DNA from: Lama guanicoe | Lineage: Eukaryota | Direction: 5' to 3' | Assembly: GCA_013239625.1 (NCBI GenBank) | Contig: MU053365.1 | Coordinates: forward strand, 2,080,115 to 2,144,114 | Length of the DNA: 64,000 bases | Shown: positions 26,491 to 39,880 of the stretch, in pieces | Layout of the letters: each line of letters opens with the position of its first letter | Numbering within the stretch: position 1 is the stretch's first letter | The notes under the pieces: model-generated | What the model saw: only the letters and a program-made list of their open reading frames with translations | Databases searched by the model: none | Told to the model about the DNA's origin: nothing | Program-made: the position numbers and the translations under genes

Positions 26491-26661
26491 TTGGGTTCGA
26501 TTTCTGGCTGTGAAGTGTGAAGAAAGTTAGTTTTACTAAATTAAAAATATATAATTATTTAATTTTAATTAAATTATTTTAATTGTTTTTACTAAATATA
26601 TATATTTTTAATTTAGTAAAACTATTTTTCTTCACATTTCCTAGCCAGAAAATGAACCCAA
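26491..26661. repeat. Long inverted repeat (63-bp arms, 45-bp AT-rich spacer)
   Basis: 26491-26553 vs reverse complement of 26599-26661: 56/63 identical by manual alignment, no gaps. Confidence 0.95.
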
Positions 26662-27789
26662 ATATTTTTATATTTTATTTTACATTTACATATGTGTAAA
26701 ATGTCGTCAGAGCAGTGTAGAAGATGAAAACAAAGTCCCAGTGAATTCTGGGACCAGATTTGCAGGGAAGGGACCTATCAATTTTTGAGGATGAACCTAG
26801 TCTAAGATTTGATAGTTTTATAGGAGAAAATGCTATAATATTTTCTTCTGGGAAATATTCGAGAAGGAAATAACCCTTTCGACAACAAGAAATAAGCACC
26901 ACATGGCAATGCAGAAGGAGGATTTTTACTGTTAAAGAGCACCCTCATTCGTTAGCACATGCCCGCTTTGGCAAGATAGGTGCGAAACCTTCCCTTCGAT
27001 TGCGGGGTTACTCAGCTCTCTTTGTGCCTGCTAGAGGGCCCGCTTCTAATTTCCACAGTCAGTTATCTTTGTCACAGCACGAGGGCTTCCAGCTGAGTGA
27101 GCAGCTTTGGCAAAAAGTCCAAGGTCCTGAGGCCGAGGGGGGCCAATGGGAATTAAGTTGGCTGGAGGCCTGTGTACCTCAAGGGCATCTAACACGAAAT
27201 CAGTTAATTTTTGGTACTTATATAGATGTTAGTAACTTCCTGCCTCTGTTTCTAAATGGGATAGGGAAATCTTGGCTGCCTGTGAACTTGTCATAGCAAC
27301 AAAGAACGATTTCATTCATCTCGCCCAGGAATAGCTTCTGGTGTGTATGTATACAGAGTGATAGAAGCTCGTTCAAGTGAGTATCGGTTTGGGAGCTTAG
27401 GGGACTATGAAAAGGGGGCACAGCTGTGATTCTTCAGTGGCTAGGTGAATGAAGGCAGCCATCTAAGGGGCGGAGGAGCCAGCTGGAATGGAAGCAGCAG
27501 CAGTAGTGGCAGGAAAGATAAAGCTTAAGACCCTGGGAACCAATACACACACGCTTCCCTCCAGCTCTCTGCTGTTAAGTAGATTTCCATTGGAGGCCAT
27601 CCAGAAAGGATTCCAGCCTCTCACACAGCCCCTTACAGCGGGCAGAGAAGCTAATGGCGGAGGGGGAGAGGTTGGGGGGAGCTGTGAAAATGCCGGACAA
27701 GGAGTCAAGAGAACAGAAGTGAAATTTTGGCCTCCCTTAGAGAGCTTTGGCCAATTCATTCCACCTCTCTTCGCTTCACTTATTTTTAT

Positions 27790-28010
27790 TTTTATTTTTT
27801 AAATTTTTAATTGAACTATAGTCAGTTACAGTGTGTCAGTTTCTGGTGCACAGCATAATGTCCCAGTCATGCATATATATGCATATACTGCTTTTCATAT
27901 TCTTTTTCATTAAAGATAATTACAAGATATTGAATATAGTTTCCTATGCTATATAGAAGAAATTTGGGTTTTTTAATCTATTTTTATATATAGTGGTCAA
28001 CATTTGCAAA
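27790..28010 (-). mobile_element. Short lineage-specific (camelid-type) L1 3' UTR
   Basis: ttaattgaactatagtcagttacagtgtgtcagtttctggtgcacagcataatgtcccagtcatgcat; near-identical to copies at 31315 and 37760-37940. Confidence 0.88.
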
Positions 28011-28024
28011 TAATAGATTATCGT

Positions 28025-28215
28025 AGTTAATGGTGTGGAGTCTAAAGCCAGATTTCACTGGTTCAGAGTCCAGTCTTGACACTTGTCAGCTGTGTATCTT
28101 ATAGCTAATTAACCAGTGTCTTTTGTAAAATGTGAATAACAACAACAATGCCTTGATCTGTACTCCCAGAGTTGTTAGGAGGATTAAATAAGTGCCTGTA
28201 AAGTAGTGAGTGCTA
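28025..28215 (+). mobile_element. MIR SINE
   Basis: ggagtctaaagccaga...tgtaaaatgtgaataac...cagagttgttaggaggattaaataag. Confidence 0.7.
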
Positions 28216-29465
28216 CAGAAGCACTAACTGAATGATAATATTGAGGACCTTGGCCAGGGAAGAGATAATCTAGAAGTTTCTGTTCTTTCATCATGAGACA
28301 TAGCCAGTGGTAAAGAAAGTGACAAAACCCCTAAAATTATAAAAACAGCACAACAGAGCTGTCTGCGTGTCTGTGTGGGTGGGGGGTGTGGGCAGGGTGA
28401 AATCCTTTTCAGGATAGTAGATGGAAGATATTCTGCAGGGTATTTTGGAAGAGATGGACATATTTTACATGTTATGCAATTCTCTGAAAGCACAGACATG
28501 ACATGAACGCTCTGAACAATTCTGGGAATTCTTAGCAATAATTATTAACAGCCACAATACACAGATGCAATCATTTCTTTGTTAGGTGGAATACATATAT
28601 TTCAAAGAAGGGTTACTTAATTCAAAATTATCCGGACACAAACATTCTGCCTAAGTTATACATTCGATAACCATATGGAGTTCCATGTTCACAATATGTG
28701 TTCAGTTATTCACAATTTCTTATTTACTTGATTTTGGGCCATAGATTTTTTAAAGTTTCTGAAATCTAAAATCTAATATGACAATTTATTTTTTCTGATA
28801 ATCCAGTATTGAATCATCTTACAATTGAAAAATATTACAATTGGCATCTTGAAATAGACACACTGTGGAAGTTCAGACTACCATAATCTTTCATTCATCA
28901 ACAGCTCTGTGTTGCAGTCTCTGAGAGGATGAGGGCTCCCTTCACCTAACTAGCCTCCACTTATATAGAAGCTTTACCCAGGGGGAGGTAGGCCAAGAAT
29001 ACTTAAACCCAATAGCCCCAGCTCCATCTTGCTCATAGGGTAAAATTCCATGCTGGAAGGGCAAGGTGAAAAGACCAGGAGCTAACCATCTTAGCCCAGT
29101 TCCCCCATTCAAAGACCAAGAGGGCACTCCGGGAGAAGCAAGCCACTGTCCTTGCACCTATCTCTGCTACAGTGGCACAGAGGCTCTGCTCGGGTGGAGA
29201 AGCAGCCATAAGAACAGATATATCCATAGCTCATCATCCTAAGCAAACTGACTTTATTTGGAATAGAATTTAGGAAAATTCATAGGTAAGGCAGTTATGA
29301 AAACCAGTGCTGATCTAGATGGTGAGCAAAAAATGAAAAGGTCGATCACCTAGAATTTTAAGAGAGAACAAGAGAAAGAGAAACTAAGAAGAGCCCTTCT
29401 GTCTTCAGAGAAAGGCTCAAAGACTGGAAACATCCTGCCTCTAAAAGGGGGGCCAATTTTATTAT

Positions 29466-31686
29466 TTTTTTTCCAGCTCTACTGAGATATAATTGACATA
29501 TAACATTGTGCAAGTTTAAGGTGTACAACTTCATGATCTGTTACACATATATACTGCAAAATGATTACCACAATAAGGTTAGTTAACACATCCATCATCT
29601 TACATAGTAACCATTTCATTGTGAGTCTGGTGAGAAAATTTAAAATCCATTCTCTCAGCAACTTTCAAGTATACAAGACAGTATTGTTAACTGTAATCAC
29701 CGTGCTATACATTAAGTCCTCAGAACTTAGTCATCATATAACTGAAAGTTTACATCCTTCGACCAGTATCTCCCCACTTCCCCCATCCCCCCCAGCTCCT
29801 GGTAACCATGAATCTACTCTCTGTTTCTATGAGTGCAGCTGTTTAAGATTCCTCATATAAGTGAGATCATACAGTATTTGTTTTTCTCTGGATTATTTCA
29901 CTTAGGTAGACAATTTGATAGTTTTCATTTCTTGGCTATTGTGATTAATGCTGCAACGAACATAGGGTTGAAGATATCCCTTCAAGATAGTGATCTCTCT
30001 TCCTTCCAATAGATACCCCAAAGTGGGATTTCTGGAACATACAAGGTATATTTGTAATATTTTTTTGAGGAACTTCCATTCTGTTTTTCATAATAACTGT
30101 TCCAATTTACATTCCCACCAGCAGTGCACAATGATTCGCTTTTCTCCTCACCCTCAACTGCACTTGTTATCTCCTGGTTTTTTGATGCTAGCCAATCTTA
30201 CCCTTATGAGGTGATACCTCATTGTGGATTTGATTCACATTTCCCTGTGATTAGTGGTGTTGAGTACCTTTTTATACAGCTGCTAGTCATTTGTATGTCT
30301 TGTTTGGAAAAATATCTATTCAAGTCTTTGCCCATTTAAAAATCAGATTATTTGTCTCATTGCTTTTAATTTGTATGGATTCCTCATATAATTTGGATAT
30401 TGACCCCTTCTCAGATATGTGGCTTGCAAATATTTTCTCCCATTCTGTAGGTTGCCCTTTCATTTTGTTGACTGTTTCTTTTGCTGTGTAGAAGCTTTTT
30501 ATAGTTTGACGTAGTCCCACTTTTTGATTTTTGCTTTTGTTGCATGTGTTTTTGGTGTTCTATCCAAAAAATCATTGCTAAGGCCAATGCTAAGGAGCTT
30601 TCTCTTATATTTTCTTCCAGGAGTTTTATGATTTCAGGTCTTACATGTATGTTTTTAATTCATTTTTTTAATAATATAAGATGTAAGTCCAATCTCATTA
30701 CTTTCCATATGAATATAATTTCCCCATTGAGTATTCTTGCCTTGCTTGTCAAATATTAGTTGATGGTATATGTGTGTGTTTATTTCTGGGCTTTTGATTC
30801 TGTTCCATCGACCTATGTGTTTGTTTTTAATGCCAGTACCATACTGTTTTTATTACCAGAACTTTGTAATATAATTTGAAAACAGGTGTAATGCCTCCAG
30901 TTGTGTTCTTTTTTTTTTTTTTTATAATCACTTTGGTTATTTGAGGGATTTTGTGGTTCTATACAAATTTTAGGATTGATGTATCTATTTCTGTAAAAAC
31001 TGTCATTGGAATTTTGATAGGGATTACATTGAATCTATAAATGTCTTTGGGTAGTGTGCACATTTTAATAATATTTAGTAATCACATTATTATTCTGATA
31101 CATGTGCCTTGGATGTTTTTCCATTTATTTTTGCCTTCATAAATTTCTTTCATCAATGTATTATAACTTTAGATGTACAGATGTTTCACCTTCTTGGTTA
31201 AATGTATTCTTAAGTACTTTATTGTTAGACACTCTTATAATTCAGATTTTATTTCTCTTTCAGATATTCTTTATTAGAGTATAGAAATGAAACTGACTTG
31301 GGTACTGACTTTCCTTTTTTTTAATTGAAGTTCAGTCACTTACAATGTGTCAATTTCTGGTGTACAGCATAATGTCTCAGTCATACATATGCATACATAT
31401 ATTCATTTTCATATTCTTTTCCATTATAGATTACTACAAGATACTGAATATAGTTCCTTGTGCTATACAGAAGAAATTTGTTTTTTATTTATTTTATATA
31501 TAGTATTTTATATATATGTATTGGCTTTGTATCCTATAACTTCCCTGGATTTGCTTATTAGTTCTAATAATTTCTTGGTGAAATCTTAAGACTTTCTATA
31601 TGTAAGATCATGCCATCTGCAAACAGAGACAGTTTTCATTCTTCTTTCTGATTTGGAAGAGTTTTAGTTATTTGTCTTGCCTAATT
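29466..31686 (-). mobile_element. L1 (L1MA8/9-like) 3' UTR + distal ORF2
   Basis: ccagctctactgagatataattgacatataac start; minus-strand KETVNKMKGQPTEWEKIFASHISEKG; LFADGMILH (FADD-type RT motif) near 31600-31625. Confidence 0.92.
31314..31505 (-). mobile_element. Short camelid-type L1 3' UTR nested in older L1
   Basis: Same consensus as 27790-28010; interrupts the host ORF2. Confidence 0.85.
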
Positions 31687-32769
31687 GATAATGAATGTAA
31701 GTGAAAACAACATACCTAATTAAGTGGATGCAGCTAAAGCAATGTTTAAAAAGAAACTTAAATCTGAAAATGTCTATCTTTAAAAAGAAGAAAAATCTCA
31801 AATCAAAACCCTAAATTTTCACATTGGGAAACTAGAAAAATAAGAGCAAACTAAATATAAATCAATCAGAAGTAAGGAAATAATAAAGATTAGAATGGAA
31901 ATAAATACATAGAAAACAATAGAGAAAAAAAATAAATCCTAAGGTTGCATCATTGAAAAGATCAACAAATAGACAAAGATTTAGCTATACCAACAAAGCA
32001 AAAAAAGAGAGACTCAAAATACTAAAATCAAGAATAAAAGAGACATCACTATAGAACTTACAGAAAAAAAATAATTATAAGGGAATATAATGAAATACTA
32101 TATGCCTACAAGTTAGACAGATGAAGTAGACAAATTCCCTGAAAGATACAAGTGACCAAAACCTATGTAAGAAAAAATTAAAATCTGAATATGACCAGTA
32201 AAGAAATTAGATACGTAATTTCAAATCTTCACACAAAGGAAAACCCAGGCCCTGATGCCTCTACTGATAATTTCTACCAAACATTTAAAGAAGTATTAAT
32301 ACTAATTCTTCACAACTTTTCCAAAAGATAAAAGACACGGAGCATTTCCCAACTCATTCTGTAAGGTACTTATTACCCTGATACCAAAGCCACATGAAGA
32401 CATTGCAAGAAAAAAATAAAACAAAACACTAACCATTATCTCTTACAAACATAGATGTAAAAATCCTCAAAAATAATACTGGCAAACCAAATTCAGCAAC
32501 ATATGAAAAAGATTATATACCATGACCGAGTGGTATTAATCCCAGGAAGGAAAGATTGGTTTAATATTTGAAAATCAATGAATGTAATACAACATGCCAT
32601 CAAATAAAATACAAAGATGACATGATTATCTCCTTGGATGCAGCAAAAGCACTAGAGAGAATCCAACAATGTTTCATGATAAACACACTCAACAAGCTAG
32701 AAATACAAGGGAACTTCCTCAACTTGTTAAGTAAGACTAGTTATAAGAACGCATAGCTAGCATCATGCT

Positions 32770-33250
32770 TGTTATGTAAATGGGTAAAAGATAGCCTCTG
32801 TCTTCGTTGTTTATTTCTTCAAAGCAGGCTAGGAAGCCTGCTGGTACCAAACTCAAATTTTCACACATCCAATTGCTTTAAACATAGCCTTCAAAAGAGT
32901 ATTTTTAGCCATGTAGAGCCTGTCTGCTATGCATATTCTGCAAAACTGCACCCAACATCTGTTGGCCATAGATTAAACAAACCCTGTGTCTATGAAGATA
33001 CCCTAAACCACACATGAGCCCCTCTCCAATTCCCCTCTCACCAGGAAATCCCTTGCCCTCTTCCCCTTCTGAGTGCTAACCAAGCCCCCCCGCCCCCCCT
33101 CCCCGTCTCTGGAAGGTTTCTTGCTCTAAGGAACTTCCCCTGTCGTGCAATCCTGTCTAAATTTTGCCCAATAAAGCTTACTGTGCAATACTGCTACCTC
33201 ATGGCCACACGTTTTTTTTTTGATAAGCCCCCAAATCTTTGAACTCAGCA
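32770..33250 (+). mobile_element. Solo LTR (MER74-like, tentative)
   Basis: TG...CA ends, aataaa at ~33170, agcctgctggtaccaaactcaaatttt motif; interrupts L1 ORF2. Confidence 0.7.
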
Positions 33251-33324
33251 TATCTTTATGGGTAAACGATTGAATGCATTCTCCACAACATCAAGCCTAA
33301 GAAAAGAATGTCTCTTGCCACCTG

Positions 33325-33746
33325 GATTAGTTGTTTGGTCTCCTATAACAAAGTACCATAGGCTGGGCAGCGTAAACACCATAAACACCATAAACTTACT
33401 TCCTCACAGTTCTCAGATCAAGAAATCAATAGGGTTGGTTTTTCTGAAGGCCATGAGGGAAAGATCTGTTCCAGCCTCTCTTCTTGGCTTGTGGATGCCA
33501 TCTCCTCTCTGTGTCTTCACACCATCTTCACTCTGTATGAGTCTGTGTCCAAATTTTCTCTTCTTATAAGAACATCATTCATACTCATTTAGGATCTACC
33601 CTAATGACTTCATTTTAACTTAATTGCCTCTGTAAAAATCCTGTCTCCAAATAGGGTCATATTCTGAGGTTCTGAGGTATTGAGGTACTGGTGTTAGAAT
33701 TTCAACATATGAACTTAAGGGAGGTAGACAAAATTCAGACCATGAC
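33325..33746 (-). mobile_element. MaLR LTR (MLT1A/B-like)
   Basis: ctataacaaagtaccataggctgggcagcgtaaac...ttcttataagaacatca...aatttcaacatatgaa. Confidence 0.85.
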
Positions 33747-35520
33747 ACTACTTCCATTCAGTATGTACTGGAAGCTCTAGCCAAGGCAATTAGATAAGAA
33801 AAAAAAAAAAAAAGACATCCCAATTGAAAAGAAAGAGGTAACATTTTCTCTATGTGCTATTGACATGCTCTTGTATATAGAAAGTCCTATGCGATATACA
33901 AGAAAAACTACAGAATTAATAACCTAGCTCAACAGGGTTGCAGGACACAAGATGAAAATACAAAAATCAGTTGTGTTTCTAGAAACTAGCAACGAACAGT
34001 CTGAAAATAAAATAAGGAAATTCACTTATAACATCATCAAATTCATTTATATCATCAAGATAATAAAATACTTAGGAATAAATTTATCAAAATAAGTATA
34101 AGATTTGTACACTGAGAACTACAAAATATTGTAAAATAAAGATGAACTGAAACAATGGAGAAACATATATGTTTGCAGATTAGAAGAATTAATATTAATA
34201 AAATAACAATAATCCTCAATTGATTCACAGATTCAATGCAATCCCTACCAATATTCCAGCTGGCATTTTTCCCCCTAAAATTGATTAGCTGATTCCAGTA
34301 TTCATATTCCAGCCCTTCTGCAAGGACCCCAGAATAGCTAAAACAAAAAGGAAAAACAAAGCTGAAGTGCTCATACCTCCTAATTCAAAACTTACCACAA
34401 AGTGACAGTACTCAAGCAAAAGAGTGCAGTGCTGGCGTAAGAACAAACACATAGATCAATAGACTTGAGAGTCCAGAAATATATCCTTACATTTGTATTG
34501 AATTTATTTTTGACAAGAGGCCCTAAACCATACAGTGGGGAAAGAGCAATCTTTAAAAAAAGTAGGGAAGTTTACATAAAAATTGAAACTTCCATTTCAC
34601 TTGAAAAATTAGAAGTTATCACAGCACTGGATCTGGATTTTTGCTGAAGGACCAAGGAAGACAAGATGAGTAGGCGCGGCTCTCTTTAAACAGAGTCCAC
34701 TCTCTCCATTTTGCCAGACTCCTACTCCACTATAAGTCACTCTTTATTTGCTCTGTCTGGTCCCTCATCTGGGGAGTGGGTAAATGCTGAGGAATGTATT
34801 AAAATATCCAAACAACAAAAAGCTACCTAAATCAGTTTCAATACTATCAAGATGTGTTGTTACTTAGAAAATGTCCTAATCCAGTGTCTAGCACACTGTA
34901 GGGGCTGCAAAAGCTCTTGTTGGTTATGTATCTATGTAGGGCCTTTCTGCAACTGTATTTCTAATTGTACAGTAGCTGGCCTGACTTGTATCAAGTCTAA
35001 GCTGGATGAACTCCCCTTTTGATAAAATTGTACCTGATATTTGAAAATAAGGACTGCTAATAACTGTACAGATAATTTTTTAACCTTGAAAAATTTAAGA
35101 ACTATCAATATATTTATCTGAGCCAAATTTTCATCAATTAGCCATAAATGTACATTTATTCTGTTGGGAAAAACCTGTTCACCAATATAGATAGAGCACT
35201 GCTAAAATATCTGCTGACACGGCATTACGGAAAATTGCACTAGCATTCACCTGGTGACAACAATCCATCTCCTTCACATGAAGTGCAAACGTTTTTTATT
35301 TAGACAGAATAGCATTGCACACTTTAGCAGAATAGAAATTACAGTGATTTACATTATATTGTGTGCCAGTTTTTACAAATGCAATAAGATGATTTTAATA
35401 ATTAATTACACAACAGGAACTAATTGCCTGTCACAGGGTGATATGTGGTAGGAGTGTTAAAATGGACCAGTGAATACTGTATTACTGTCATAAACACTCA
35501 CTCAATGCTCCTGCACCAAG

Positions 35521-35550
<30 letters not shown>
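35521..35550. repeat. (CA)n microsatellite
   Basis: About 14 perfect CA units. Confidence 0.97.
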
Positions 35551-35553
<3 letters not shown>

Positions 35554-36165
35554 CGTGTGTGCATGCATGTGCACAATCACAAAAGAGAGGAAGGCATGTA
35601 AAAAGGTTTTCAATGCAAACATTAGATACTGACTTAAAAATCATAAAAACATTTTTTAGATAACAGTAACATCTATATAACCCAGAAAGCAGAATTCAAA
35701 ACCTATATCTTATTATCATCCAAGCAATATACTAACCATTAAATATACTACTGATATTTCACATTGTAAAATTCTTTTTACATATTACTAACCACATGTT
35801 CCTACATATAACAAAACTATCAGTATGAGAAATGGACAACAGAGTCTCCCTATAGTTTCTCTCAAAATAAATTTGGACAGCATGAATCTAATAATTCCTG
35901 GAGAAACTGCATTGCTTTTATGGAACTATATGGGAAAATAAGTTTTTAAAAGCAAAAATCACTAAGTAATATTATTTCTTAAAGTTATCATGTAATATCT
36001 TTTGCTTCCAGAATTATAGGCATTGATAGTCGACTGTGATGAACAAGCTAATAAGTTGTCTATTGTGACCAAAAGTCATAATCATATAGAAGAAAAATGG
36101 TACCAAATATAAAACTGAGTGTTCCTAGGAGTAATTTTAGACATTGGAATCTAATGAGTTTATAA

Positions 36166-36207
36166 AAAACAGGGAACAATGGAAACAAAACAGGGAACAA
36201 TGGAAAC
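36166..36207 (+). repeat. Perfect 21-bp tandem duplication
   Basis: aaaacagggaacaatggaaac x2 (36166-36186, 36187-36207). Confidence 0.95.
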
Positions 36208-37291
36208 AAATATCAGCAAAAGAATAAAATATACCGAAGACCGTTATCAAGTTGAATTTACTTAACATACTTCTTCAACTTACTTCTGAATGGTCTCAAA
36301 ACCTGGGCAGGAAGGGACCAATTCCTGAAATGTAATTCATGAATCAAAAATGACAGTGTAAAGATTTACATTATTCAAAATAAGTAGTTCATAAAAGAGT
36401 GGTGGGAAGGATGATCACTTGAGGTCCAAAAAAGAAGACTTCAGGTCCAGAGGGAATCCTTGGTGAAGAGAAAATTAGAGGAACTAAAATGATATAATAA
36501 TGAAACAGATTAGAGTATAAACTCTTGAGACAGGAAGAACATACGGATAGTGGATTCTAGCACAGACTGTGAAACTGGCAATTAAAAAAAACAAGTAGTG
36601 CTGAAAACAGGGGCTTTTGATGTCTACACATCAGGGAGAATCCCATTGTTCTAAAAGCAGAGCACTTAATAAGATTTTTACCGGAAATTCTTTGTCTCAG
36701 AAGACGAATGGATGTGTAATAGACTAGTTTTTTGTTTGTCTGCTGTGAGGTGGGTTAACAGAAAAGCATATGAAAATTAGTATAAACAGAGTGGTTCCAA
36801 TGACTACACATGCACTGAAGTAGGACAGTCATCAGACATGGTCCGAGCAGGATTCTGACTCTTGTTTCTTGTTATTCTCTTGAGTAGTGAGCTGGAAGTG
36901 GGATGGCTATTGGGCTTCCAGACCTCGCATGTACACTTGGCAATGTCCAAAAGAAGAGAGTTCAGCTCTTATACAGTTTCTTGTAGAAGGGAGAAAGCTT
37001 TCCTAAAATTGCCCCCCTGCAAACCACCCCGCCCTCCAAAAAATAAACCTCCCCTTGCATCTGATGGGTTAAAATTTGGTCACATACAAACTTCTTAGGC
37101 CAGGTGCATCCTGTATGCTGACTGACATGTGCCTCATTTCTAAACTCATCTGTGGCAAAGAAAAGGGATTGCTGTATATTGATCAGGCCTGTTTCTGGAG
37201 CTGAGGGTGGAATCAGCTTCCTGTGAGGGACGGAACGACAATCCGGCGGGCGGACAGACATCTAAATGAATATCTGAATATTTAGAAAGGA

Positions 37292-38160
37292 CGTAATAAA
37301 GAGTCTGACTCCATTTTTTTACGTTTGCTGATAAGCTTCAAGCTCCACGCCTCTTTCTTCTCCTCTTGTACCACAACTGATCAAGCAGACGAGGAAGCCT
37401 GCATGCCGCTTCCTACAGCAGCAGCAGGAAGCTCCAGCCGCTCAAGCCTGGCCCGCTTGGGGGAATCCTCAGCCCAGCCCTGCCACCTACCCATAATGAA
37501 AGCAAAAGAATCAAATAACGCCATTTGCAGCAACATGGATGGACCTGGAGATCGTCGTTCTAAGTGAAGTAGGCCAGAAAGAGAAAGAAAACGACCATAT
37601 GAGATCACTTATATGCGGAATCTAAAAAAAAATACTGACAGAAATGAACTTACTTACAAAACAGAAACAGACCCACAGACAGAAAACAATCTTATGATTA
37701 CTGGGAGAAAGGGGTGGGAAGGGATAAATTTGGGAGTTTGAGATTTACAAATGTTAGCTGCTATATATAAAAATCGGTTTTTAAAAGTTTCTTCTGTAGA
37801 GCACAGGGGACTATGTTCAATATCTTGTAATAACCTTTAATGAAAAAGAATATCAAAACCAATGCATGTCTATATATGCATGACTGGGACATTGTGCTGC
37901 ACACCAGAGATTCGCACATTGTAACTGACTGTACTTCAAAAGAAAACCAAAAAGAGAAAAAACCAGCCAATTGCCTTTCCTAGCTTTGTCAAACCATTTT
38001 TGGACCTGTTTTGGAACCGCCCAGCTCTCCCCAGAAAGCCTCATCGTGTCATAAATTAAATCTCTTCGTATCTTCTTAATGCCTATGGGCCTTATCAGTC
38101 TTGACACTGGAAAGAATGTTGGGTATGGATTCACGCCTTCCCTGCAGGGTGACTAGAACA
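37292..38160 (+). mobile_element. ERV1-class solo LTR (MER89-like, tentative)
   Basis: Starts cgtaataaagagtctgactccatttt, ends ctgcagggtgactagaaca; interrupted by a young L1. Confidence 0.7.
37505..37945 (+). mobile_element. Young camelid-type L1 3' end
   Basis: gccatttgcagcaacatggatggacctggagatcg...tgtaactgactgtacttcaaaa; CpGs retained. Confidence 0.92.
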
Positions 38161-38479
38161 AAGAGGGAAGTAGATGCTGGATGAACAGCGGACCCTGTGC
38201 TGCAATACACAACATGAAGAAGAAAATCACAACTCTTAATTTGGACCAGACAATTACAGTGATTTGAAGAATTTAAAAAACTTCATCATTCTAAAGGTTT
38301 ATAACAGTGAAGAAATGGAAATCTCAGACGGTCAGCATCTACTGAAGGTACTTGGAAAGGAAATTTCAAAAAGTTAGTGCGTCAAGCAAGAAAGGGAGAT
38401 CTAATAATTTAATTACAACTCTATGATTTAAGTAAGCCCAATGAGAAATGCAGCATTAAAGTTAGGTATCGTGTTCTAT

Positions 38480-39880
38480 CAGAGAGGCAAAAACAAGGTT
38501 TGATAATAGTATTGCTAATAGTCTGGGGAACTAGGAATTCTGTTGTACGATGGAGGGGAATGTAAAATCATACAATATTTTAAAAGGTTAATTGGGAAAT
38601 AGCTTTCCAACTTTTAAATACACATGCCCCAAATCTAACAAGGAATATTTTAAATTTTAAAAAATGCTGTAAAGGAAAAACACTCCTATGTGTTTCCTTT
38701 GCTCTCACACTATGCTACTATGCTTTACTTCTGCCACTATATGTGTGGGGTTTCCACACATCAAGCAATTCAGCAACACCAGCTGTGTATCCTACAGTTT
38801 AACTCAATTCTTACACTGTCTACCCAGAGGTAGCGTCAGATCCCACAAGTCAAGGGATCAGTCCCACAAGGCTCCCCAGCCCTTGCTTCGGAAGCCAATC
38901 GCAGGTTCAGATTGTTACCTCTGCTTCCGATCAACTGGCTATAAATCAGTTTCTAATGACTTCTTCCTCAGATTTGAGGAATTTGCCAGAGCAACTCACA
39001 GAACTCAGGAAAACAATCCACTAACTAGGTTACCAATTTATTATAAAAATATGTAACTCAGAAACAGCCATATGGAAGAGATGCAGAGGGCAAGGAATGT
39101 AAGGGGCGCAGAGCTTCCATGCCTTCCCTGAGCCTGCCACTCCCCCAGCATCTCCACGTGTTCACCAGTCCAGAAGCTCCCCAGACATATGCTACTGGGA
39201 TTTCATGGAGGCTTCATCACTTAGGCATGATTAATTATTAACTACATTTCCATCTTCTCTCTCCCCTCTGGAGAATGGAGAATGGGGCTGAAAATCTAGG
39301 CTCTGAATTATAGCTTAATCTCTCTGATGACCAGCCCCATCCAGGATCCCACCAAGACCCACCTCATTAGAATAAAAGGTACTCCTTTCACCCAGGTAAT
39401 TCAAAGAGATTTAAGATCTCTGTGTCAGGAAGCATGGTCAAAGACCAAGATGTATTTTTTTCTATTATTTAAAAAAATGCATATACTTTTTGAATCAGCA
39501 ATAAAATCTCCAGCCATTTGTCCTTGAGTCATAGTAATATGTGTTCACTGTTACATGCTCACAGCAATATTGGTTGCAATAATGGAAAACTGGGAATAAT
39601 TTAATTGTCCATCTATAGGAACCCGTTTAATTGATGGTACAGCCATCTAAGGGAATATTGGGCAGACAATAAAAAGAGAATTCTATACGTGATACTATGA
39701 AAATATAATCATCATGTATTTTAAGTAAAAGGGAAAAGTTGTGGATTGGTATTTAAAGTATATTTATATTTTGAAAAAAAATCTATTAAAATTGGTTAAC
39801 TCTGGGGAGTGTGCTTGTCAGAGCTGGAGTGAGAAGAGGGTTCTCCAACTTTTTGTTCTGTAGAGGTCTGTAATGTTTAA
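38480..39880 (+). mobile_element. Old L1 (L1ME-like) 3' fragments flanking a MER21 LTR
   Basis: ggggaatgtaaaatcatacaa...; gcaataatggaaaactgggaataatttaattgtccatctatagg. Confidence 0.6.
38668..39470 (-). mobile_element. MER21-like LTR
   Basis: caccagctgtgtatcctacagtttaactcaattcttacactgtctacc...cagatcccacaag; related to 18256-18932. Confidence 0.85.

Larger units (their letters stand above)
31695..34560 (+). mobile_element. Old L1 ORF2 fragment (post-endonuclease through RT), split by two LTRs
   Basis: aaacccaggccctgatg (SPGPDG motif), attaccctgataccaaagcc (ITLIPKP), MIISLDAAKA, colinear resumption after each LTR. Confidence 0.92.
36730..38200 (-). mobile_element. Old MaLR LTR (MLT1J/K-like), split by a younger LTR
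   Basis: aatttggtcacat...atctgtggcaaagaaaagggattgc...ctggagctgagggtggaatcagcttcc; resumes agagggaagtagatgctgg. Confidence 0.6.

Noticed and set aside
29466..34560. Divergent L1 pair at ~31690 as a twin-priming inversion
   Set aside because: Both arms contain the same RT FADD region (~31610 minus, ~33855 plus), so they overlap by hundreds of bases on the consensus. The plus arm also looks older (it carries an MLT1 insertion). Two independent insertions are more likely.
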